A stretch of DNA of 26,669 bases from Bugula neritina. Taxonomy: Eukaryota; Animalia; Bryozoa. A program made the translations under genes and the position numbers. This document shows, piece by piece, positions 12,502-24,871 of the stretch. A model generated the notes under the pieces. The model ran no database searches. It saw only the letters and a list, made by a program, of their open reading frames with translations, and was not told the DNA's origin. Within the stretch, counting starts at the first letter, position 1; the number at the start of each line of letters is the position of its first letter. The DNA is taken from positions 1 to 26,669 of the forward strand of contig CAXIUT010000290.1 in NCBI GenBank assembly GCA_964035545.1. Direction: 5' to 3'.

Positions 12502-14115
12502 TCATGTCTAAGACTATCCTAATACCTTCTTCAAATACTGTTTCCTAAAATCTTTTACATCCAACTTATGACCTGTCACTAGATCGACTCCTCTTAATGA
12601 TATAGCTACTCCAGTACAAATACAGCTAATTAGAAAGAAAAACAATGTTTGAAGGTGAAAACCAGCATCAGCTTATTCTTTAGTCTCCCTGAGTAATCCT
12701 CCCAAAAGAGGAAAAGCTCCAAGAGCCAAATTTTGCAACATCTCCATTATTCCAAACCCAGTACCCAGTAAATGAGGAGGCACTAACATGGGTATTGTAG
12801 GTACAATAATCGTACAAAATATAGCAATGCATATGCCTAACAAAAATGATGGCATCCATCTAACAAACTAATTATCTTTCATAACTTTAGTGGATTCAGT
12901 AAACATCATAAACAGATAAGTGATTGTATAGAAAAAGCAAGAAACTATAAGTAGATAACTTCTTTTTTAAACTCTGTCTACAAAATAACCTATTATCACC
13001 ACAAATAAAGAGCTTACACAATAAGGAAGAATCAAGTATATACCCGCATCATTACTATTAATTCCAAATATTTAGACGTAATAGGCATTGCCATTGTCCA
13101 GAAAAGGAATAAAAAGAGCCTAAGACAACATAGATATCACTATAATCAACCAAAATGCTAATGGCAAATTACATATCTACTTGAAGTTTAAATGCTATCC
13201 ACCCTGTACTCCTTACTTACTACCATCATCAACCACAGAAGTCTAAATAAATTTTACCTGACTACCACCGCTTTTCTTCTTCAAACTATCCTTCATACTT
13301 TTCTTAGCTCTATCAATACTGCCTCTTTCAGAAGATAATAACTGAGTTTCATGCTTTAGCCTCTCCTGTTTCTCACTTTTTCTATCAATGTAAGCCAAAA
13401 CTAAATCTACTTTGAACTACCTATGGCAAGTACAAGAGAAATAGACATAAGAATACTTCCAATAAATATGGGTCCAGCCACATTCAAGTGATCTTTTTTT
13501 CCAAATTCATCTGATAAACGAGGCGTCAAAAAGCTATTCAATGAACTTCCCATTTTAGGAAAACTCAATCCAATTCCCAAAATAATCTAAATATCAAGAA
13601 TCATACTGATAGTTCTCCAGCTTTAAACCAAGTACTTAACAAAGTATTTTGCGATGCATGTAAGACTTCCCCTCCAATACCAAAAACAGCTCTTCCAGCA
13701 AGCATTAGAACAAAACTATTTTAAAACCCTCCAAATCCAAATATGATATGTCCTAGTACACAAAACATAGCTGATATTATCAAGACTATCCTTGCTCCAA
13801 TTTTATCTATCAATATTCCGCCTAACAATGGAATAATGACATTGGGAAAAGCATACAAAGCATAGAGTAAATTGAACTAAAACTCACTTATAGGATTTCC
13901 ATCTTATTTTAAATTCTACTCAATCGGAATCTGTAAAGCCTTCATATGATCAAATATACACTCGCATTATCGAAACAATATTAACAACCGAATACCACAA
14001 ATATAGCAATAACAACCACCAAGTAACGCATTTTCGTCTGACGATAACTTACACGACGAAGTTGTTAAGGGTCCTTTTTAGAGTAAGCACTCATCACGAA
14101 CGTACCTTGAACCAT
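12502..14115 (-). CDS. Major facilitator superfamily transporter, MFSD1-like (~517 aa)
   Basis: YCFDNASAL, FNLLYALYAFPNVIIPLLGGILIDKIG, GRAVFGIGGE, LGTGFGIMEMLQNL. Three 20-nt introns at 13401-13420, 13587-13606 and 13940-13959. Confidence 0.92.
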
Positions 14116-14353
14116 TGATATTATATATCTATTAAATACGAACATTGTAAATCATCATTATCAAATATTCTTGATATTACCTCAAGATTTTAAAGATATA
14201 AAAAGAAAATAAATGTTTTTTATTTTAGATTCCTTATATTTGATATTTTAGATTCTTTTTTCTTCGAAAAACTCTAATTTGAATATTAAATGATATTTCA
14301 AGATTAAAAAATTACTAGATGATATACTTTAATAAGTAGATTATATCGTTAGC

Positions 14354-14905
14354 ATGATAAACCTATACAAACAAGACTCTAGGTCAAAAAACAAAACACT
14401 CTACCCAGCCAATAAATCACACACAGCCAGCATGAACCTCAAAATATCTCAAGATGTTCCTTTCGAAGCCACTCATCGATAAAACCTCAAACATTCCTAC
14501 AGACAAAATGATTAAGATAATAATAAATCTAAATCAACACATAAATACAAAAAATCTATCGTACTGCAAGACACCACTATCCACTTAGTCAAAAAGAATA
14601 GCGATTACTATGGAGGAAAACAAAAGTAGATCGGACTCTCTACATAAAGATTCAGCAAAGAAAAACTACATAAAAGAAGTGTTGACTATGTAGCGAATCG
14701 CATAAAAACTTAAATAGACTAGCAAAAAGTAAAACAAGATACTCCTCTAATAGAAGTCAGTGCTTAGTAACTGAAAGAAATTGTTAGAAAATTGCAACAT
14801 CTCAAATCATAAAAATAAAATTTGAAAAAATAACTAACAATATACAAAAGATAAGTAAAAAAATCAAAAACTAGTAATACTGTCCTCAAAGCATTACTAT
14901 TTTGA
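14354..14905 (+). CDS. Hypothetical basic protein with a C-terminal coiled coil (183 aa)
   Basis: Single open frame from ATG 14354 to TGA 14903 that fills the gap between the MFS and CK2-beta genes. Confidence 0.6.
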
Positions 14906-14982
14906 TTATTTATTATCATTTGAACTAAATATCATCAAAAACTCTAAACTCTTAAGTTGATATATAAATAAGAAGTACAGGC

Positions 14983-15750
14983 ATGTCCGATACCGAATCA
15001 TACAGTTCAGAAGAAAGCTACGGATGGATCAGTTGGTTCTGTACTCTAGAAGACCATCAGTTCTTTTGTAAAGTCGACTAAGAATACATCAGAGATAGTT
15101 TTAACCTCTATGGACTGAAAAACATGTTTGACCATTACAAGTATCCTTTGTTTTATTCAGTGATGCCCTTGAAATGATCCTCCGACCAGATCCACCATAA
15201 GATTAATAACTTGAAGACTAAAGGTAACCTAAAATTAACATAGATATCTTTCAATATACCAATAAGCAACAGATATTTACGGTCTAATACATGCTCGCTA
15301 CATTGTAACTCCTAAAGGATTGGCAATAATGCGTTAAAAATACAAGAAAGGAGCATTTGGAGTTTGTCCTCGAGTACTTTGTGATCGCCAACCTACCCTT
15401 CCCATCGGAATGAGCGAATAAATCAGAACATCTAGAGTTAAAATATATTGTCCTCGATGTCAAGAAGTATATATTCCAAAAAAGAAATGTCATGATATTG
15501 ATGGAGCCTATTTTGGATGTTCTTTTCCCAATATTTTGATGATGGTAAAAGTAGTGATATTCAGGTTTATCCAGAAATGCTTCCTAAGTCAGTTTAGACT
15601 CAATATGTACCCAAAATATATGGATTCAAAGTTTACGGAAGAAAAGGTTCAAAGTATGAAAAAAAAGAAGATAAAAAGTAGATCACTTACTATACACAAT
15701 AAGAGCTCAAAAAAATTAAATCAAGAAACGAACCTAAATAAAAACCATGA
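14983..15750 (+). CDS. CKB: Casein kinase II regulatory subunit beta
   Basis: WISWFC, YIRDSFNLYGL, YGLIHARYI, FGVCPRVLC...VKIYCPRC, DGAYFGCSFP, YVPKIYGFK. Three 20-nt introns at 15141-15160, 15224-15243 and 15545-15564. Confidence 0.97.
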
Positions 15751-15953
15751 AATTGTATCTGTGATCTTCTTGGTTTATCAATTTTATGTAAATTTATTAT
15801 TTTATGAAATAGAGCTTTATAAAATTCTGATAAACCTTTTATACTTTACTATATATTTTTTCAACTAAAAGAAATCATCTCATCTTGTTCTTTTTTGATG
15901 AAACATTTATCTTCATAGATAAACTTTCTATGTTAAGAAATAATATAATTATA

Positions 15954-17181
15954 ATGTAGTCATCAAAGCAAAAAGACAAGCCTCCATTCATCAGACTCAC
16001 TACATGCACCTGGTATAAAGATTCTCACTCTTTATATGACTACTAATCCACAAAGCTGACAGAAAACAAAATAAATATTCCAATTGGAACCAAATGGCTT
16101 AACATCTATCGCAAAAAAAACCGTACTTTCTTTCTTATTTAGACCCATAAATATAATTCATTTACACAAATTCGAAATTTCCCAATAAACTTGAAGATTT
16201 TGAATTGATAGCTCACTGCTAAATTTAAAATTTAAAACCGCTGGGAGGAAGAATATCGATCATCACTCCCTCTGCCTACAAAGATAAAAATAAATAGACC
16301 AATAACTAAAAACAAAAAACTAATTAGTCAGTTGATAGCGTCAGTATCAAAGAATAAAATCCATACTTCATCGTTAGCAAAAATGTCAACCAAAATAATT
16401 TCCAAACTGGCTGCCAACTACGTATATGCTTTTTTATTCAGTCCCAGGAATGACGATCAAGTTGGGCAGGATCGAATATTTTGTAACTTAATATTTTGAT
16501 GGAAAGAAAAAAATATCGAAACCTCTCATTTCATCACGAAACTACTTCAATGATAACGTTTTAGAAGTAGAACCTTTGACTTAAGAAACCAAAAATCCAT
16601 GTAAAATCTGTCTTGATGATACTGATCAGACTAATAACTTCCTTTTCAATCCTTGCAAGTGCAATGGGTCATGTGGAACTGTCCACTATGAATGTTTGGC
16701 TGAATGGATTAGAGTTAAAGTCAAAAAAGATGTTATTGGAGGAACTCAACATTACAACTTTACTAAATTTGAGTGTTAAGTCTGTAAAAGTGAACTTCCT
16801 GGCTTCGTAGAACTAAAAACGAAAGAAGGAGTGACCAATAATAAAGAATTAATAACTCTTGATCGTCCTCAAGGAAACTATCTAATATTCGAAGGGGCAT
16901 GTTAGAAGTAAAAGAGCATAATGGTAATCCAAAATACTCCATAAACAGGTATCAAATTAGGCAGAGGACATGAATGCTAAATCAGAATAACAGATATTTC
17001 TGTTTCTAGAAAACACTCATTCATTAAAAGTCAAAACAATCAATTTTTTATTCTTGATAACAACTCCAAATTTGGAACTCTTGTTAGAGAAGAGCCTATG
17101 ACTTTCGAAATCAGACAATAATTTGAAAAAAAATCAATTCAAATTGGAAGAACCCTTCTAGAATTCCAAGTCATTAAATGA
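15954..17181 (+). CDS. RING-CH (MARCH-type) plus FHA domain E3 ubiquitin ligase (~395 aa)
   Basis: TWYKDSHSLYDYES; CKICL...PCKCNGSCGTVHYECLAEW...CEVCK; FHA motifs GRGHECEIRITDISVSRKH and DNNSKFGTLV. Introns at 16123-16142 and 16422-16441. Confidence 0.92.
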
Positions 17182-17235
17182 TTATCTTATCTGATCACTT
17201 GATAATAATCTTACCTATTTTTATTGATTTAAATA

Positions 17236-17316
17236 GGGGTTGGGGTTGGGGTTGGGGTTGGGGTTGGGGTTGGGGTTGGGGTTGGGGTTGGGGTTGGGGT
17301 TGGGGTTGGGGTTGGG
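17236..17316 (+). repeat. Internal telomeric tract, (GGGGTT)13 GGG
   Basis: Perfect Tetrahymena-type G4T2 repeats, 81 bp, starting 54 bp after the upstream TGA. Confidence 0.98.
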
Positions 17317-18339
17317 TTTACTATCGATTTAAAAGATAATAAAAATACGCTTTTCGAGAAATTGAAAGGATTATATCCTCAATACAAAGATAAAAAATAA
17401 TAAATATTAGAAAAACTTAAAAAGGATCTATAAAAATCAATTAAGAAAAGTACAATCAAACATTCACTCAAATTGTCTATCTAATATTTTCTTAAATAAA
17501 ACTTCCAAAAAAAAAGAATCAAAAGCCATCCTAGAAATATTTCTTCAGGCTAAAAAGATGATAAATTATTTAGTTCAAGAAAGAAAAGTAGCAAAATATT
17601 GATTTAAAATCGATCAAAATAGAAAATTAATAGTATTAGTAAAAAATCATCCTAAAATTAAGAAAGTCCAAAGAAATCTTGGTCGTATCTTAAAACTCTT
17701 CAATAAAATTGGAATTAATAAAAGAAAACTTACGTTTTAAATCATAATAAACCAAAAATATTATCAAAAAAGTTATCATCTAGAATATAAACTCATAACT
17801 AAGATGTTATAAAAGCTTGTCAAGTTATTTTATAAAAAACAAAAGAAAATGATATGAAAGATATGGCTAAAAAATATCTTCAAAATATAGGTAGACTTCC
17901 TAAAAATAATTTATAAAAAGAAAAAATAGTACCTGCTAAAATATAAATCAGATAAAAAATAGTTTAGGAGTAAGAGTAAAAATCATCATCTGAATAAGAA
18001 GAAAAGAAAACAGATAAAAAATAAGAACAAAAGCATTCTAAAGCAAATTTAATGTAAGAGGATAGATCACCAATAAGTCAAATTGATTATTCAACTGAGA
18101 AGAAGTAATTTAGTTACTCCTAAAATCGTCAGAAAGAGTATCAAAACGACAGAAACAGCAAGAATTAATCTAGAATAAAGAGTTTTAGAAATAACAAGTA
18201 CAATTATACAACCTCACTTTAACAATCCTATGTTTCCTAGTCTCCAAACTTTTCATATTATCAAACTTTACAACCTTCTTTTAGAGAGAGTTCTATCCGT
18301 CAGAAAAGATTTAGCTATCTTTCTTGCCTTCAAAATTGA
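17317..18339 (+). CDS. 5'-truncated hypothetical K/S/E-rich protein that begins directly at the telomere tract
   Basis: 340 codons open from the first base after the repeat to TGA 18337, with no start codon or promoter space at the 5' end. Confidence 0.65.
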
Positions 18340-18385
18340 TTAATAATATTTAATTTTAGTGAAATAATATTCAAGATAATCAAGG

Positions 18386-21300
18386 TCAACTTGTTTTAAA
18401 TGTTTTTTTAACAAAATCTTTGTTTTCATCAAAAATAATATGTTCTATCAGATTTTAATATTTCCCTTTATCAAGAAGATACTAATTTGTTGGAAATTTT
18501 CTTTCTTCTAACTCTAATTTTGTAAGATAATTATTTTCAACATATTCTCCAAGATAGTTGATATAAAAATTTTTTGAACTAATAAGTTGATTTTAATATT
18601 AATACAGTATTTTTCCAGAATATAAAATAATACTTATAAGGCTTCCCTCATGTTACTTTTCGCTATGTTTAAACCAAAGTTGAAAACAATTATTCTACTT
18701 ACAACATTTGACCTGACAAATAAGGCATATTTTTGTTTATAATTTTTATTAATTACAATAAGAACATATTCTTGGAACTTTTCTTAATTCTGCCAAATCA
18801 TGAGGGATATTGTAAAAATTAAATTGAGATAAATCTTTTCTAACAGTTAACTTTTATATTTTACAATTTCCATGTAGATATTAAAATAGTATATTTAGAT
18901 CATTATATATTGTATTTTTCTTTTAATAATAATTTTCTAATAATTTTTGTTAATCATTTCTAAAAACAACTGATTGAATCATAAGATTTGATATTTGTTC
19001 TTTTATTATCTATTTTAGTTTTAAGCATGATATGTTTCTTCTTTGATTGCAAAAGATAATTAGATGAGGAATAAGTGGAAGCATTGAAGAGATAAATAAT
19101 TGAGTATGATTTGATAAAAAAAAATAGATTTAATATACTAGTGAAGTGTAAATATAGGAATAAATTTACTAATAATTAATTTCTTAGTGAATTGATTCAA
19201 ATGGTATTCTTTTTTTCTTTTTGTTCTATTATTATTTTTCATGATTTATCATTTATGAACGGAGAGTCAATTTTATGACCAGTTTTTATATTAAGTTTTT
19301 GATAACTTGTTCATTTTATGTGTTTAGCTACAAAGGAAATGGTATCATTGATTATTTTTTACATAGAAAGCAGCGATAATATTAATTCAACTAGTTTTAA
19401 CCTTTGTTTATCTATCCTTGAAGACATTTTTCATGAAAAATATGACCACAAGTTATGAACATTAAAAATTTACCACTTTTATCGAAATTTGTTTGAATAA
19501 GAGTACAATTTTATACGACATTTACCAAATAAAACAAAGGATCTTTTCCATATTATCTACAAACCATACAAGTTTTATTTTATTCTTATTTCTATTCTAT
19601 ATGTTACATTTTTATATTATTTAAAATCTTACTTTGTTTTTCTTTTAATTTTAACTTTTTTGATATCTTTTTAAGTTTATTGAATTCATTTTATTTAGTT
19701 TATTAATTAACTATTATTCCATCTTGTTCTTTAATTATTTATGAAATTTAACCTTTATAAAAATTTGCTATTTATATATTTGACTCATTCAACAATTAAA
19801 GCTAATTCTTTCTCGATAAGAACTTGTCTATATACATTTGGACAACTTTGAAATTTGTTAAAAGAAACAATGTTATTAGTATTTAAAAGTGTGTATTCAC
19901 TTTTTCTTTAGAAAAATCAAAGTTCATAAGAAAATCCAGTGATTATCGACAACTATTTATGGGAATTTCATTGATAAAAAGTTTTTTTTGATTTATTAAA
20001 ACTTTTCTTTTGAATATTAACTTTTTAATATTTAACGATGAATGTTTTAAATAAAAAGAATTAAAACTAAGATTATTATCCCAAATTATCAAGTTTTACT
20101 TTGAATTAATGATCTATTGATACTATTTTGTCATAAATTATTTAATTAAATCTTTATTTGGAACTAGAGAAAAAGCAAAATGATTAAATTATTTTTTATC
20201 TAAAGGCAGATTTAAACTTGCTAGTTATCGATAAAAGTTTATAATATTTTGTTTTACTTTATCTTTTGCCAAATAATTTGATAATATTAGCTCAGGAACC
20301 TATGATTCAATAATTTGAATATAATTTTGAATAAAAATAGATAAGTTCTTTTATATTTTCATTGATCTTATTAATTAAAATTAATTGATAAAATTAATTC
20401 TATGATATAATATTTTCCAATACTATTATAAAAAGTTTTGTTTCGTTATTTTGTTTTCTTTTGAGCTGAATATTATAAGTATTTTTCTATATAAAATACA
20501 TTCAGGACGATAGTATTACTCTTGATTTGAATCATATTCCTTTTACAAATATTCAATTAATTTATTTTTCAAAAGATAATCAAGTCGATCTAACTAATCT
20601 CTTTATAAATTAACTATTTTCTAATAATATCTTTCAACAATTTTTACAAGTTTTTATTCATTTATAACACTCAAACATAAAAGTGAAAGACTGAATACCT
20701 TCGAAACGTTTTAAAGATGTTCATCATCATATCTTGCTATTATAATTTAAATGATTAAATAGTAAGTTTTAAAAGCAATTCTTCTTTAACCTTGAAATCA
20801 CAATCCTATTGAATAATTAATCTAAAGAATTTATTCCAAATTTTCTTAAAAGATAGCATTTATTCACTTATAAAATCGTTATATTTTATGATTTTGAATA
20901 GCAATGATCATTATATTCAAAAAGGTAGTTGGTGAGCTATAGTATACATTTTTTATAAAATTTTTCTAGTAAATGTCTATTATATCTATTGATTTATTTT
21001 TGATATGTTAAGTTATTACAGCTGCTAGCAACTATTTTATTCTAACTTATAACTCTTAAAAGCTATCTTTTATAAATATTTTTCAATAACCAAAGACTTT
21101 TTATTATTTCTCTGACAGGTTTGGATCAGTAATCATTTTTAGTATTATTGGCAATAGTATTATTTTTAATTTCTGATGATTGTATAATGAAACCAACATT
21201 TATGAGAACATATCTTGAAAATTGTCATCAAAGCTAGTAATATTGAATAAGATTTGTTTAATTATCAATTATCCATGGAGTTATTCATTAATTTTCAAAC

Positions 21301-21969
21301 AAAGAGCATCTACTATCAAACTCTGATAATAATATGAATCTTTAATGAGAAAGAGTAGCCAATACTATATTGCTAAATTAATATATTTTCTTATTTCTTT
21401 GCAATATCTACCAACTTTTTCTTCCTTTAAAGTAAAAAAACAAATAGCAAAAGTATACAATAAAATTATCTAACATTCTCCTAGTAATCTTATTAACTTG
21501 ATAGTGAATATTTTAGCTGTTGATGTCTTGAACAACATCCTTCTTCTCTCAAAGCATCAGTATTACCACAGTCACAGATAGCCATTTTTTCTGTCATAAG
21601 AATATACTAATGCCCAATATGTCTTTATCTTTCAAAACATTATTTACAAAAGACACTCTTTTTATTTCTTTGACAGTCAAAGCATATGTAACCTATGTAG
21701 AAATATAATTACAACGATCTTCAATAAACCTAGTACAGACTGTATTTTTACTACTTCTTTCTTAAAAATTTCATATTTTCGATTAGAAATTGGACTTTTT
21801 GAAGACACTTCACGAATATTTTTATCTCCATATTAATTGTACAGCTAAGATAGAGAGTTGTAGAAGGTTATTATTCTTTTGCTTTGGCATCTCTTTACAA
21901 TAAACTACTTCATGACTTCATCCTTAAAGAGTTAATTAGCTTAGTTTTGGTGGCAGTCGAAATTTACAT
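18386..21969 (-). CDS. Compact UBR1/N-recognin-like E3 ubiquitin ligase (~1190 aa) containing in-frame TGA codons; start uncertain (21969 or 22015)
   Basis: UBR box YICFDC...VFCKECF...HIGHEY...CDCGN...GCCSRH at ~21520-21700. RING-H2 CMVC...TCGHIFHEKC...CFLCK at ~19350-19570. C-terminal CSYC...ICLICQ and FYINYLGE. Probable 20-nt intron at 21478-21497. Confidence 0.85.
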
Positions 21970-22106
21970 TTGAATATGGCGCTATTATTTAAAATATAAT
22001 CTATAGTAAATCCATTCTATCAAAAAATATATAATTCTCAAATAATCAAAAACTTTTAAGGTCAAAATATTTTTAATTAAAGCTCTTTTGAATAAAAATA
22101 TCATAA

Positions 22107-23147
22107 TCAATGTTTTTATGGAACGATAATTCACCTTTTTTCTTTTTATACTATTCTTCTTCTTTGGCTCTTATATCACTTACAGAGGGATATCTATTTT
22201 TTATTATTCAGCATATTATTCGATTTCCATTTCTATTCGATTAAAAATATGTCAACTTCATCCCATGCCTTAACAAACTCGTCCTTATTTTTATCATTCT
22301 CTTCAACTTTTTTCAATTTACTCTCTCTTTCTCGTCTTTCTCTTTATCTTTCCAGTTTTAAAGCAAATGGATAACCAAATTGTCTAGCATGAATTTTATC
22401 TGTTTTTCTACGAATATTGGCACTATTATCAGAGAAGTTTCTTCTTTTTGTCTGATTTTTTTATGATATATCTCGATACATAAATTCTCTTATGTTCGAT
22501 TATTTTAATAGCTCTTCCATTTTATTTATTCTTTTTTTACATAAAATTCTTAAATCCTTCCCTTTTAGTATTCTTATTTTAAATTGAAAATTCTTTGTTT
22601 TATCTCTTTTTTTTCTCTCCTCTTCCTCTACATCGCTTTCAGATGATCCAGTCCTTCAACTTTATATGACCACCTAAAGGATCAAAAATTCTTCTTTTTC
22701 TCCTTGTAAAAGATGTCTTGTGTTCTCTATCAACATCTAATGACTCAATATTTTTGTCTCTTATTTTAACTTTCATTATTTTTTTCATTAAGTAATTAAA
22801 GCCATTTACTTTTCTTTTATTTCCTATAAATATGAATTCTCATTCGATTAAAACGCGACTCCTTTAAAGTCTGTGATTTTTTCTTTGATCATTGAATCAT
22901 TAAATGAAGTATCGATTCTGTCTAAGAAATCTGGACCCATCGATTATATTCCCTCTAAATTACTTACATTAACTTTTTCTTCTGGCCTCGTTTTTTTATC
23001 CATCTCTTATCGAATCGCTAATTCATTTAACTAAAGTTCTCTATTGTATAAAATATTGATAGTATTGAGGTTATACTTTTGATGTTTTTTTTTTATTCAT
23101 GCGCTATCTGGCATATTATAACTATCATCATCAGATATTATCATCAT
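22107..23147 (-). CDS. Hypothetical charged protein (~346 aa) with up to six in-frame TGA codons
   Basis: ATG 23147 (MMIISDDDSY). Protein-like segments stay in one frame across TGAs at 23097, 22785, 22773, 22656, 22176 and 22131. Candidate end is TGA-TTA-TGA at 22107. Confidence 0.5.
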
Positions 23148-23231
23148 AGAAGTTGTATTAATATAAATAATCAAAAATATTAATATAATTACTTATTAAA
23201 TCACACATTATCCTTGCCAATTATCGAAAAA

Positions 23232-23300
23232 GGGGTTGGGGTTGGGGTTGGGGTTGGGGTTGGGGTTGGGGTTGGGGTTGGGGTTGGGGTTGGGGTTGGG
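23232..23300 (+). repeat. Internal telomeric tract, (GGGGTT)11 GGG
   Basis: Perfect G4T2 repeats, 69 bp. Confidence 0.98.
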
Positions 23301-24727
23301 TTGTTATAAATCTCCCTAAAATTGTCTTTAACCAACTCAAATTAGTGAATCATTAACTAAGTTTTATTCTATTGAGGTAAAATAGCCTTAATCAAACGAC
23401 TTTGAGCTTTACTTTTATCAATTTTCTTCTTTAAATCATCGAAAACAGGTCGCATTCTTTTCAATATCAGAGGATCCAATTTATTTTATGACAACATCTG
23501 TGTGACTCCAATAGTTTCAGCTAAAACACCAGCAGATTCCTAATATATTTTTTTCTCTTAAATTAAACGATTAAGTGTTGTATGTGATCTGATTTATCCA
23601 GTTTTCATTTTGAGATATTCAGTTAAAGCTACAACCAAAAATGAATTTAAAAATACACCGAAAATAGCAATAATCATAGCTAACAGACGACCTATTTCAG
23701 TTATAGGTATATAATCTCCATACCCAATTGAAGTCATAGTTATAAAAGTATACCAAATACATGTAGTATAGTCTTAGAATCCTGTTTTGCTGATAAGATC
23801 AGGATTTAAATGGTAGAGATTCCCTTCAGTTACTCTAAACCCAAAAGCAAAGATGAACATAGTTACTAGTGAAAGAATAGTTGTGAAACCTAAAGGATAT
23901 TCCTGCTGAATACATTTCAGAATAAAAAAAGTACTGTGTTAGATATTATTATAACTACATAATCTAATCGCTCGAGGAGAAGAATAGATTGTTAAAGCCA
24001 CCAGAGAACGAAAAACTAAGTATATTTTACCCATCATCAAAACACTTAACATATCGTTCACAGAATACATGAAATGAACTCCTTTATTTTCATTTTACAT
24101 TGAAAATTTAACTCCCTGAAAAAATGTAATAGGATGAGGTAAAATGAGAAGTATCTCAAGGAACAATTAGATGACTCTTCGACGATCTCTGATCACCTTC
24201 CAAAGACCACTTCGACAATCGCTCCTTTCATCTTTTCTCACATATATCATCCTTTGATCAATTTATAACTGTAATACTAGTATTTTCCTTAAAAAAGCCA
24301 ATAAAACTAAAATAAATCAATACTTACTTAACATACATGTCGTACAACTGATGACAGTCATTAAATTAGAACTGATGTTCCCTTCAGGATAGTTCAAATC
24401 AGCCTCAATTTTCATCATTCCCAAGAAGATAACAAGTAAAGCAAGTACCAAAATATTCTTTTCAACTAATAAGATCTGGTGATGAGTGAAACGACTCACA
24501 CGAGTATCTTCAATGGCTGAATACTTGTACATGTTATTTTTTTACGATGAAGAAGAAAATTATTTTCCTGATTTATCAGATGGGTTGACTTCTTAATAGT
24601 CTACACGAAATGCTCGTAATTAAGGGCGCAAAAGACTTGTTTAGACAGAACGACGAGTAGATTTGCTTACTATACGTTTCCCAATAGCCTTAAATTTCAT
24701 TGATGTATTGTTATGTTCTATCTTCAT
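23301..24727 (-). CDS. SK/KCNN-like 6TM potassium channel, 3'-truncated at the telomere tract
   Basis: LEILLILPHP, YSSPRAIRLC, and pore WYTFITMTSIGYGDYIP. Probable 21-nt intron at 24307-24327. The frame runs into the repeat without a TGA. Confidence 0.92.
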
Positions 24728-24871
24728 CTAAATAATTCTAAATTTTATAATCGAAAGCTAAGCCGAGTTAATTCTTTTAAAAAACGATTTCACAACTCAA
24801 ATATTCTAACTCTAAATTAACTAATGTATTAAATATTTGCCTAAATCACACAATCAAACCTCTATAATTGA

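Noticed and set aside
17236-17316. CRISPR array, microsatellite or telomere-bearing transposon end
   Set aside because: The tract is pure G4T2 with no spacers, no inverted counterpart, no target-site duplication and no transposase or reverse transcriptase nearby.
18386-23147. Euplotes-type programmed frameshifting or indel errors as the cause of the interrupted ORFs
   Set aside because: Coding segments on either side of the TGAs are in the same frame, so no shift is required. Only the UBR1 5' end remains ambiguous.
18386-23147. Selenocysteine as the meaning of the internal TGAs
   Set aside because: The sites are not Cys or redox positions, there are several per gene, and the 3' UTRs are too short for a SECIS element.
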